A stretch of 64,000 bases of DNA from Bispira polyomma (Eukaryota). The notes under the pieces were generated by a model. The model searched no databases. It was not told the origin of the DNA and worked only from the letters and a program-made list of their open reading frames with translations. A program made the translations under genes and the position numbers. The stretch covers positions 76,322,001-76,386,000 of the forward strand of contig OZ287749.1 in NCBI GenBank assembly GCA_965649765.1, in the 5' to 3' direction. Shown here piece by piece: positions 1 through 13,400 of the stretch. Numbering within the stretch: the stretch's first letter is position 1; every line of letters starts with the position of its first letter.

Positions 1-483
1 AATTCCGGGATATTGCCAAAAAAATAGAACAATTTCACTGCAAATCGAACACACCCTCAAACACACCCTCAAGAACAGGGAGTGATCAAAACCAAATCCA
101 AACAACATATGCCTAGAAACGAGTAAAAGGTACTCAAATTTGAAATGTCTCCCAACATTAAACATGTTTTATGATTTAATAGATATAGTTTGTTACTCAT
201 TTGCATCCAAAAAGCCTGCATTTTCAGAATTGCGATGTCATTTTTTAATCATGTTATTCAGTAAATAATTTACCGATACCAATACACCTAGACTACCATC
301 TCATCCCCAGGTGTGATAGATAAAAACTATAAAGCAATACATGTGTATATTTTAATAGCTAACTTAAAGGATAACATATTTTGTTCCTATCAGAGATGCT
401 AATCTATTGGTTTGTTACAAGGATTAGACGACAACTACTGAACAATTATATAAAAATTTAGCATAGGGACAGGGCATAGACCA

Positions 484-593
484 TTAGGGGCTGTCATCCA
501 GGGATTTGTGTTTTAACTTTTTGACCATGTGCCACCTTGGCAGAAGGGTGCACTCTTCTGAGTGCCATTCTAGTTGTATAAGAATTTGATACC
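484..593 (-). CDS. Possible terminal coding exon of the VWD/lectin gene (GYQILIQLEWHSEECTLL...DDSP*)
   Basis: Pyrimidine-rich acceptor (tccttcccctag, AG at 595-594), phase-1 compatible with the TSP1 exon, open to TAA at 484-486. No recognisable domain, so the gene could instead continue beyond the window. Confidence 0.4.
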
Positions 594-859
594 CTAGGGG
601 AAGGATACACATAATGTAGAATAAGCGACTGCCAGTCGGGCAATGTTTTATAACTATGTACTACATGCCCAGATATTGCAATCTGACATTCATTTTTTGT
701 GCAATTATTACTAAATTTTATGGTCAAAATGTTTTGCTAGTACACATGTGAAATTGTTACAAAAGCCAGCGTGCATGATCATTTTCAGATAAATGTAATG
801 AAAAATGGTGTGTCTGTGTCCAACTTGTCATGTAAGGATTATATGAGCAATTTACTCAC

Positions 860-1396
860 CTGGACACTCTTTCAAAAAGCATGGCTCCTGCTTGACAAAA
901 CCTCCCCGACATGGTTTACCACCATTATTGGACCTAGGTGCATTGGGCATTCTTCTAAAGGTTTGAGTACCTGCTCCACAAGTTTTACTGCATCCACCAA
1001 TAGCATTCCATGGCCCCCACACACAGTCCACTGTTTATATATACATATACAGTAAAACCTTTTTGTTCTTTTTGATTATTTTATATTTCACAATTTAGTA
1101 CATTAAGCAACATTTACATAGAAGAAGCACAACGGGTCTGTATGCAATTATGATTTCATAATATACATATATAACATAACTTTAGTTTATTTAATTTTTG
1201 GTTTGTATGGTCCAATCTACTTTTACAAACTTCACTCATTCTTTCACTCTACTCATTATTTTTCAGTCTATAAGGCATACTTCAATTTCCATTCTATCAG
1301 TTAGATGCCTGTAGAAAAAGGTATCAGAAATGAAATTAAACAGGAGAACCTGAACCAGTAGAATTTAGAATATGTTGGAAAAGCTAGATTTTTTTT

Positions 1397-1427
<31 letters not shown>

Positions 1428-4400
1428 AAAAGAAGGTTTAAAAAATTATAAAGATGGATTTTAGTATATAGCAAGAGGAAAACATAAATTAAGAGAGTTC
1501 AAAAATGTTTATGAAATTGTACATTCGGCTAACAAAAGTTCAGATAATAGACGTATATTAAATATAACGGAATCATTTACTTTTTAAGCCGTTTCTGTTG
1601 ATATAATCAGAGTATATATTATTCATTATCGTATAAGTTTCAGCGAATATTACTTACACAGGACGATTGTATATAAAGTGACACAAGACCAGAACTACCT
1701 GAACTACACACATTATAAATTCCTTCAATAATAAACCACTGACGTTAAAAGTTGTTCAGAAATTTGTTGACTGACCGAGTTTGTTTGTCCACAAAGTACA
1801 CAGATGTTCGTACATTGTTCACCATATGTTAATGTTGTGACAGGTTGAGTATATCCATCACTTAAGTCTATTATAAAGCTTAGTTTAAAAATGTGAGCTT
1901 GCCTGAATACATCTTCTAAAATCACTAAAATTCTTTGTAATACAGTGACAGGCAAATCATTTTTGGTTTTGAATTGTTATGCTCTCACATATGTCACCTG
2001 ATATTAGAAAAAGGTTGTATGAGTAAAAAAAATATTGCTATCACCAGTACTTTAGAAAATCTCTCATCAGATCTATTGAAATTTTGATACATCCACTAAT
2101 TTTTTGGTTATTTTATCACTTTTTAGAAGTTGTGATGTTGACTAACCAAATTGGCATTACTAATACATAAATATGATGTTGCTGTCATGTGTAACATGGT
2201 AGAGGGAGTCCAAAATGGCGATTTTTATGAAGAAACATGCTTATAAATAATCGGAGTTTATTTGTAAAGTCTCAGTTAATATGCAAACATTAGAATAGTC
2301 ATTCGTAGAATTCAAGCTTTCCATCATTACCAAAAAGAGTAGCCTAAAACACATGCAAACCCTTACACACACCTTGTCTAAGGATGTTATCTTAGAATTC
2401 TAGCAGCCAAACCAGGGACCTTCTGATCACCAATCCTGTACTCCCCCAACTGAGAGTTGACCCGTGGACTTTCTTATCACCAGCTAAATTCGCTAACCAT
2501 TGGGCCACGGGAGACCACTTATGACAATTGTTATACTGATCAGATTACATCATTAGTGAGACACAAAAATAGTTCAAAGTTTTTCATTGTCTCTTTACAA
2601 TTGGTAGCGAAACTTCACTCAGTATTAACTAGCTAAGCCGCATAAGCCTATAAGGCAGCACAGCTAGTATGCTTCCTTAAGGAGCTAGCTGAGACTGAAC
2701 AATTGGTTAACACGTAGAAGAGGCCAGACCAGGGTAATAATGTCAAAGCATATTAGATAACAGTGATGTTCACAACTCTGCTATATGGAATGATAATTAT
2801 TATTATTAGTATAAGTGTTTAGCTACACCCACCCACTTCCTCTTTTTAATATGTGGTTTCCGAAGGCCTACCTGCACACTGGGAGTGGTCATAGTCACAT
2901 GACCTACAGAGGGATAGTCGGCACCGTCTGCTGCATACGCCGCCTTGCTGGTGAATTATTGCCCTACACTGGGGCTTACTGATACAGCGACGGGTGATCT
3001 GAACATGTCTGCTGGAGAATGGTACACTTGTTATTTCTTCTAGGCAAATGGCCTGAAATTTAAGTGGTGTGTATATTAAATCCCCTCGCCACTGATGCTA
3101 TGTTATTATTCTTAGCAGTGGCCGTATTCTCAAAAGATCTTCAGGTCAACTTCGACTCAAGCTCAAAATGTAAAGTCCAAATATCTCTTGCTAGAATTAA
3201 GTAAATTACAATCTGGGTGTATATTTAAATTCAGCACTAAAATCTCTATGAAATTGAATGGTCAAAAGTATAGGTTTATCTCCATATACAATAACATCAA
3301 CACAGCCTTAAATTTCACTTGAGTCTGACTTTAAGATTATTTCGAGAATATGGCCTCTGGTGTTGTATTCCCCTCACAATATGGGACTCCAAGTGCTACT
3401 GATTATGTCTGTAAATCAAAATTCTAGTCTTTAAACAAAGCATTAGGAGTATCATAGCGTGGTACCCTGGTAACGCAATCAAACCTTAAAGGACTAGGAT
3501 AAATACTTCTACTTAAGCAGAATTTCTACTAAAAAAACAGCTGTCCATATAGGGTTTACTCGCTTAAGTTTCCAATATCCATAAGAAGGCACTTCCATAA
3601 AGATGGTGCTGTGTCAAAGAATGATTTAGAGAGCTATTTCTGACTTCCATATTCCCTTTTATAGAACTTGAAGATTTGGAGAAATTTGAGGTCTGGGTTT
3701 AACTCACACAATTGTTTCTAGCAGAGGTGATGATGGTGGACAAGTGTTAGACTGTACCAAGTGAAATTCCTGTTTACATTGTGTCACCTGGTTCCAGTTA
3801 GTAACTCAGGGAATCACTAATTTAGTGAACACACACCACTTCCAGCTTTTTATAAAGGCCTCATGTATATATTTTAACAGTAGATTTCTGTCAAATCTAC
3901 AGTACTCAAGGAAAATAAAACAACAAAATGGACTCATTGGTTTGTTACATATAAGAACATTGTGGTATGTTAAAGCACTCTGCTAGAGTGATCTTTTTAT
4001 AGAATTGGGGAAACCCCTAAGCTTCTAGAAGCTGGTTCTATTTTGTTTCTGTTGTTATTGAAGTTATTATAATTTGTTTACAATTTTATTCTGGAAAGTT
4101 CTAGCGATTGTTGTTTACATTCTTTAGCAGTGGTATATATAAAGGTTGACAGCCTGGCCACAGAGTAGAGTTTATTGAGTTGGTGTGCTATAGGAACTGC
4201 TATACTGTGAAACATTTTATTTCTTTTCCTGTGGATATAAACTGATTACTATATACGTTTTATGGTAAACTCATTGGAGTGAACTGGATAAAAGTTGTGG
4301 ATCTACCAGAGATTGGATTTACTGCATATTGGATATTGTTTGCATCCTGGACTGGATAGCTCAGTTGTGCAGACTATCTGGATATATACATTGTGATCGT

Positions 4401-7400
4401 GGACACTGGACTGATATCAGGCTACAGGCATTGTGTTAGCGGACACCGAGCGGATCTCAAGACGGATTGCTGGATACAGTGGACAAACTTGTTTAATTGT
4501 TATTTACGTGGACAGAACTGTGGTCAGGTCAGATCGGTTTCATTATTGTATGAACTATTAAGAGTATCTCAGTTGACTGTAATTCTGTAGTTGTGTAATT
4601 GTTATTTTATTTGTTAAATAAATTTGTTTAGTGAAACTTTTTGTCTTTTCCTGTTACAACCTAAAAGCAACTGGTAATTGCTACCGCGCTTGCTCCCGTG
4701 ACCGTAACATGGTTGCTGATAAACAGACATAACACTTGTGAATACACTTTGACCTCGGCTGCTATTTATCATGAGGTTAAAAGTAATTTTGTATTTTACG
4801 TTAAAGATGACTTATTGAAAAGAAATTAAAATAATTGTTTATGCTCTTGGCCTAAATTGATTTGGCCAGTTCCAAAATGTATGTATAGTATGCCTAAAAT
4901 GTTAACCACATTTTTAAGATCTGTAAAAATGGTACAGATGATAGGAACAAGATTTACAACTTATGAATTAAATATTACGTTAAAATATCTAGCACTGGAA
5001 TATGTAATTTGAATTCAAATGTATGTGTAAATTCTACTTCTTTGCTCTTTTCGTAAATTGTTTGTCTGTTTCCTATTATCACATTCATTAGACATGTAAT
5101 ACGAGTAGGTAATATAAACTACTGTTATTAAAGCATGTATATGACTCACATCGTCCCCTTCACAAGTAACCCATTCTCCGTAACGTTGACAATCGTAATC
5201 ACTTGTGGCATTCGTACAGGTCAGACACTTCAGATAGCCCTCGCCTTCATCACATGGATTGTCAGGAAATGGATCCTCTGTGCACAACACAAGTTCAGGG
5301 GATTTCTTGATTAAACTTAATTCAATTTATTTATTATAGTGAAGAGTGTATAAACTTACACAACGTACATGACACTCAGGCCATCAGAGCGCTTAAAAGT
5401 CACTTAAAACAGATACAATACATCCAGCCCACCAGAGAGCCTAAAAATCACTTTAAACTGTTACAATAAAATGTGTGGTGATACAGAATTCATACATGGG
5501 ATATATATAGTCATTATTTACTTTTATAAGAATACACCTCAGCTTTTTTTATATTCCCACCTTTTTCAACATAAATATGTAGAGATCTTGGGTTAAGTTA
5601 CAACAACATCGACCATATTCACAAAAGGTCTCAGTCTTAACCTAGGCTTAAGCTTAGGATTTAATTGGTCTTTGATTATGGCCGAAAAAGTTAAGATTTC
5701 AGTCTTAGTCTAAGTGACAGTAAAAAAAAAAATCCTCACTTAGTTTAAACTTTGTACTTAACACTAAGAGTGACGGGGGGCAGTCATGTATATTCAAAGC
5801 ATAAATGTTAAGCTTTAAAGACTAATTAGTTAAGACGAACACCTTTTGTAAATATGGTCCCAGAAAAACAGAAATACAGGGAATTGTCAATGAACATGAC
5901 ATATATTTATCTAGGTGATAATTTGATAGGTAGAATACCTGAATAGGGTAAAACACCAATACCCTCTATATACTACAGTAGAACCTCTATTATACGGACA
6001 TTTTGGCAGAGTAACATTTTGTTCAGATAATAGAAGGTTTGTAAAATAGAATAATGTAACTTTGGGGGGAGTGAAAATCAGTTCATAAAATTGAATAGTC
6101 AGATAATAGAAGTTTGGATCATAGAGGTTATACTTATAGTGTCATCTATATAGACTGTCACTACAATTAAACCTACCATCTATACACTGTCTGGTGCCAT
6201 CTAATACCCCGCAGTATTGGTCCTCTTCACACACGTGAGTGGTTGAGGTGATTAATAATTGGTCACATCTGTATTCTACAGAACAGTCCTCAGACAGCCA
6301 CACCTCTCCTTGCTTATATTACAAAAAGTAAAATGAAATCAGGTCAATTGTGCCAAATTTGTGCAGACCAGCAGAAACAGAGAAAATTTCTAAACAGGCT
6401 ATCCGAAACAGGAAAATTTAGTTTCTGCAGTAAAAATGTATACATAAAATTACCCTTAATTGCCCCTATACAGAAAACATATCAATCACAAGTAAAGCTA
6501 AACTCATTATAAACCCATGTATTAAATTTGGTAAACATACATGCAGTAGTTTTGTATGAAATCAGTGAAAGCCGTCTTCACATTGGCAGCAACAGCGGCC
6601 ATCTTGTGTTTTTTTTTCGTAATGGAGCCAAAATTAATCCCCAGCAAGTTATACCCATGATATAAACACATGTAATAAAATCGGTAAAAAATTATCTACA
6701 GTACTTTGGTTTTTAAATGAGTGGAAAAACTAAACTCGGACAGTAAAAGAGAGTTAGCACAGCACAATATAAAAAATATGAAAATATGCACATTGTTCTT
6801 TTTCTACACATCAGAAAGTTTACAAGCAGGCAAAAATGTGAAGGTTTTACAGTAATTTTTACCTCTCAAAATACTACAAACTTTACTTGTGAGCAAATTG
6901 TTTAAAGGGGGTTTACATGAATTTCTCTCCCATGTGATAATTTCCACTGCCATCCACACAGCTCATTGCTTTTTTACAGAAGAACAAAGCCTCTGACCGG
7001 CAATTGCTTAAGAGAGGGGAGATACAGTTTGGAGCAACAGCTAGGCATTATCATCATCGCATGGAACATGATCAACTTTTACAATCACACCCCAGCGAAT
7101 TGATCTAATGTTTAATAGGGCTGAAACGACTGCAGATCTGTGAATGATGATGTCATAATGCTTGTCCAGTACTGAGTTATTAATTAATAATCGGCATACC
7201 TATGCATCATATAACCAAATCTGAGGCTATTATTTGGAATAATTACTGAGAATTAACAATATAATATATTTTGCCAGCTGATAGAAGCTCATTTATTTTA
7301 TGTGCGCCGTAGATTTTCACTTCCGTTAATGACGCATGCGCTCTCAAAACTATAAATTGGCTTTAATTAACTAAAGGGTTTTTACAGTAATACTGTACCT

Positions 7401-10400
7401 TATGGTAATTTCCACTGCCATCCACACAGCCACACTGCTCTATCTCTACACATTCCTCTCCCTGTAACACTGTACCGCCCTCACACACACAGGCTTCTCT
7501 CTCAGGTAAGTCACATGACTCTGGAGCTTGAGGATCCTCACAGGTAGCTGGACATCCGCTGGCAGACTCAGAGTGTTCAAATCCATCGGGACAGATCACA
7601 GCTAAAATTAGGACATTGGAATCAAATACAGTGAATTAGCCAAATTGTGTCACTTTAAAGAGGTGTGGACTATTCAGAGGATTACAATTAACTCTGGTAT
7701 TAAAACGGGACCCAGGAACAAGTTTTCTCTACAGGGAGATGTTCACCATTTAGTCAAATCCCTTATTAGGGTATTTGCATGTATTGCAGTTACACATGGC
7801 CTTCATTTGAGTTGCGTCTGCAGAGGTAGGCTAGTTTTTATGTTACTTATCTGCAAAACGTAAATTAAAAAAATATACCAAATACCAAGTCCTTATATGA
7901 CAGCTTTGCAATTTTGTATGCTGCATATTTTGGCCGGAATATCATATTGTAAAGAAAAGATCGAAGATAATGTTTACTGTAACGCTCAATAGGTGTCACA
8001 AGATCCATTTATTTGCTATATATATATATGTCAATAACACGAAAACTCGTAGTAGTACAGAAACTAGTGATTTGACCATACATCTATATATATATATAGG
8101 TTGTCGGGGGTAATACCAGACAACTTACGACAATTGGCATCGTCTCTCCAATCTCTCACTACAGTACCCAGTACATCCTCACAGAAGTCCACAAATGACT
8201 CAATCACATCACACGCAGCCTCATGACGATGCTGATCATTGTCTCCCACTTCCCCACAATCATAGCTGCAGTCTTCCAGGAAGCTTTTGGCAGCATGTGG
8301 CAGCTCATCTATACACTGGAACAGGGGGCTGTCCGGGTCCTTAACGAGTATTTTACACTCGTCTGGAATTTCATCTGGGACCTCAATGTCAGTAACGGGG
8401 TCCTTACAACTAGATAAAAAATAAAACATAAATTCCTTTGCAGAGGGTAATGTTATGGCACAGTATTTATCAAACGTCTTAAACCCATAGTTACATTCAT
8501 TGATCAATAGATTTCCTTATTAATGAAAATAATCTACATAAGTTACGACTCACTTTAGAGAGCTCCATGTAGTCAGATTTTATGTATAATTTTTATGTTA
8601 TAAAAGCTGATTAAAATCAACATAGTAGTATAAGATTAGTTTACGTAGCTCATAATGGCGACTTATTAATAAAAACACTTAGTGTTTATAATCAGTGGTC
8701 AACAGACACTTGAAAGTGACCCTTCAGGTTGAACTTGAGAAACACTTGAGAAAACATTTTATTGCTAAATTTTCATCTGAACCAATTAGATTGACAAAAA
8801 AATCTGAATGGCTTAGACAAAGAATGTAGGTGAATACAGCCCCTGATCTGAGCCTGACCTTTGAATGTCATCTGAGTAGACTTTCCAGCTGTTTCCTATC
8901 TTGCTGTACATATCACTGTCACCAGACACGTCCTCTCCATCTTTGGTCACACAGTCGTCTGGTTGGTCTCCATTCATATTCCCACAGATACCCTCCACCT
9001 CAGAACTGAAAATAGAATAACATGCATGCCTCAGGTTATCATTTTTTTTTTTCAAAAAAGGTGCTTGCTTCAACTCCTAGTTTGGGGACTTGGTCTGGTG
9101 ATCGGAGAGGTTACCGTGTAACCCCCAGAATACACCCCTTTTATATTATTATACCTGGGTCCTGGATTCTGGGAGGGCTCATTAAATCTACCTCAAAGTA
9201 TACCCCGGGGTAAATTCTAGGCCATAAAAGAATCTACAATCTACATTCTCCTACTAAAATAGCAAACGCAAACACATTTTTTTATTAAACCAGCATTATT
9301 AAAATGTTAAAATGACGCAAACAGAATAGTAATTCATTTCTAAAGCTGAAATACGAAAGGACCAGAGAAATAACAACAAGCTTTGGTTATTATTTACAAA
9401 TTCTGAATCTTCCAGACTACAATGTACTAAGACATCAGAGGTAAATACAATAGAACCTCTATTATCGGAATACGTTCAGAGAGCACATTTTATTTGTTCA
9501 GATAATACAAGGTTCATAAAATAGAAGGAATGTTTTAGTAAAAAAAAAAGATAAAGGAGACTATCAATCTGACAGAGTGAAAGCGTATTTTTGCGAATAT
9601 TTTTGAATAATAGAAATTTAGGATAATAAAGGTTCTACTGTAACACTTTTGGTAATCATAAACAGGAACACTTCATGATACATGTATATATTTCCCTACC
9701 AGTAGTTGTCTGGGAGAGTCACAGAGACTGCGTGTCTGCCATCGAAAGTCACCCGCAGTCCAAACTCTGTTTCTAGTGTCACTGTGCGCCGACCGTCAAA
9801 TTCTATGAGTACGTTTGGGATTCCACTGTAGGGTAAGGCCACAACGACACTATCCACCTCAGAAATAATGTACAGCATGGCTAATGTATTCACAAAGATT
9901 CTGAGCCTAAATGTTTTGTCTCAATCAATTTCATAATGTTTTTAAAGATTCTGATTGGCTGGGACTAAACAAAGTTAAAGAATTTCACTCGAAGAATTTT
10001 GTGAATACAGCCCCTGAACAACATAACACACTTCCTGTTTCTGCATACAGGTTACAATAGAATATCTGTTATCCAAACATGTTGAGGGCAGTGAGATTTT
10101 GTTCAGATAATACAAGGTTCAGACATTTTTGTTCTAAAAACAATAGCAAAACATAAATTAGAGATTAATTCATAAAATTGAATATTCATATAAAAGGACT
10201 TTTGGATGCCATGATAAAGTGATCGCTTGTGGGACTCATCCAAACTGTTGCACTATAAAGAGGTGTACGATATACTTTCAGAGGTACTGTACAATTACCA
10301 GGTATCAAAACAGTTCTTTCGGTTCCCTGCGATAGCTTTCTCTTGGGGTCGAAAGGGTTAAATTTGGTCCAAGCAGAAAGAAGTTAGCCATTACAGTAGG

Positions 10401-13400
10401 ACCAAATCCTGTGGATATTGGACATTTCGACTTGTACAGAATCTACTGTGGTTTACTTTACTTCGAAGAAATCTGTGTTTTACATTTTAGCAAAAAAAAA
10501 ACATTGAATGATATAATGACCGTTACGGCATGACCATTATTATGTATGCCTATTTAATACTGCAACTCACTGCGCTTTAGTCGTATAAAAGTCCAACCTT
10601 CCAGCTCAAACAAACACAATTACTAGATGCTAAATGTACTGTATTTTATCACTGATCTTATAAAGCACACCAATTGTAGAGCCTTCTATTCACATCTACA
10701 GTGTACACATTATTTCCTGTGTGTATGTGAAATATGTGGTTTCATACAACATGAATTTTTAGGTATCTGTTTTTTGGACAATCCTTACTGCAGTGCGTAT
10801 GAAATGTTTGTTAAAAATAAGATAAGATCTTTGAACGAAGTATTTGGAGCTACCAGTAATTATAGTGTCTTGCGTAGAATAAAATGGTGTAACAATAGTC
10901 TTATTGAAGCATATCTGAACAGCCCTGCTGAAAAAAAAGGTTTGAAATAATTACCAAATGGAAGAAATCTGTTTATGTATATTCAGTATTACTGTGTACA
11001 ATTAATTTTATAACCTTAAAATATTTTTTTTTTCTCATTTATATGACCTTATGTATTTTTATGCGATATATAATGTTTGAAATTAACATATACATAAATT
11101 ACAATATACTACACGCCACTCACCAATACTACCCCTCCTTGTCTGAGTATCACCTGGTGACCATACACTAGTACAGTCACAGTCTTGGTATACGACACCC
11201 TGGTCTTTCCATTTCTGTGCTCATTCTCTACCAGCACCTGGAATTCAGTCTCTGTGGTATTCTCTATAGTACCACTTAACAAGTACCTACAGGTACCCTG
11301 GAAGTGGATCATCTTACCGTCAAAGGTCTTGTAATGGGGATCACCAGAGGCTGAGCAGGTCAAACCAGCTGTTAAGTACAAGATGAGATGATTTTGTTTT
11401 GTATTCACATTTAACAAAATTATCATTTATTTAATTTATTATGTACCTTTATAATGTATTCAAAACACTATTAACCTTTTCTTGACTTCTCAAGTATAGC
11501 AACCAGCACTATGTAACTGTCATTCAACTAACAGAAGACAGAGCTTTGTCGTTAACAAATTATCAACATCGCCAAGGTTTGTTAGCTTGCCACTAGGGTT
11601 TTACTAAGGACCCAATAACAGAGGAATGTCATTTTTAGTAAAAGGTTAGTGCAATATACCATAAGATTTTTCTCAGAGCAATAGAGGGTTGAGATTTGAA
11701 CCCACAATTAGAGAGGTGGTAGCCCGTAGTGTTACCAACAGTACCCCAGATGTTAGTATGAGAGGACAAATAAATGGTCACATTTAAATATTACAGATTA
11801 CTTTGATTGACAAAGGCCACTTGTACATGAAATTATCTCTCTTTGAAGCATAAACTAGAAAACCCCTAATTGATTGTAATATATAAGCAATATATTATTA
11901 GTAAAGCTTTTAGGACTGCATAAGGTCACATTTATACCTATACTCTATTTGCACTGCATATGTATAAAAGAATTCAATACTATTTAAAGCTTTCAGGACC
12001 TCAATATTAAAGATTAGGTGACTTTTTCACTTTGTAATTTATCCCCAGGGGCCATCCTTATCTAAGTGTCTTAAATTTATGCTGAAACTCAAATAGCACA
12101 TGATAAATATACAGATTGCATCATTTCATGGAAATAACCTACACATGTTACTATACATTTTAATAGAGCTTTCAGCAAGAAATTCAAATAATTATGTAAT
12201 CATACTATATATTTTTTTTTTCTTGCACACAAAGATACAGAAGATCATAATATGTGATTATAGTGAATGTAAGAATTTTTATAAATACTGCCCCTTTAGC
12301 TTCAGTTAAACACAGTGTAGAAACTTTCTTACCCCCTAAAAAAAAAAAAAAAAATTAAAAAATTCTGCACTTAATGTAGTGCAATAAGGCCTAATCTCAC
12401 AGTGTGAATGTTGATATGTAGCACATATTACCTTTATGCCCTCAGGTTATAATACACAACATTATAGTATCTTTCTCTGGGAAAGTATCTACACTGAACA
12501 TGAGATTTGTGGAGAATATCTCTAGTTGTGATTGAGTAAGTGGCCTTCTGCATTAACAAAAAAGCTCGCTTAATAATAAAATGCTACACTGACAAGGTTT
12601 GTCTTTTGTATATGTCACATAATCAGTCATAAAATCATGTTCACACATTTTTTCTGCCTGTCTTTGTCAATTATTTTCAGATTTTTTTCACTATAAATAT
12701 TTACATGTTACGGGTTTTACACTAAAATGTTATCACACCTGTGAGAGGTACTTATATTTTACAGTATATTACAAACTGCTGCTATTATTATTATTTTGCT
12801 AACAGTGAATTTTACTATCATGATTCATATTGTTAAGACAGAAACAACATTTAATAAAATCCAACAACATGCTGATGATTGTTACATTATAGCCAGGTAA
12901 TTTAATGTTACCAGCCGAACATAATTTGCATCTATGTGCTAATAGCATTCTGTGAAAACTTATTCAGGTCATAGTAAGGCTGAAAATCAATAAGAACTAA
13001 TGCAAATAAGAAAAACCATTTTGAGAAGCAGATATTTGTTTTTGAAAGTTTTAGTATCATTACTATCGTACACACGAAATGAAATATTAACATAATTTAA
13101 GTCCTAGTTATGCACAAAACACCCAATAAAAAGCTACACTGACAATGTTTGACTTTTATAAATGACACATGATCAGTCATAAAATCTTGTACACACATTT
13201 CTGCTGTCTTTATCAATCATTTCAATTTTTGTTCTCACTAAATGTCAAGATGTTACAGTTCTTACAATTAAATGTTATCACATCGAATGTGTCAATAATA
13301 ATATTGGATTTCTTGATCGACACATTTTAAGGTTTAGTAAAATCCAAAACACAATTATGCACTCCCAGACTAGTCTTAATTTTTAGGTGCGTTATAATAG

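Noticed and set aside
1389-1427. Poly-T followed by poly-G as a functional G-quadruplex
   Set aside because: Simple homopolymers of unreliable length with no supporting context.
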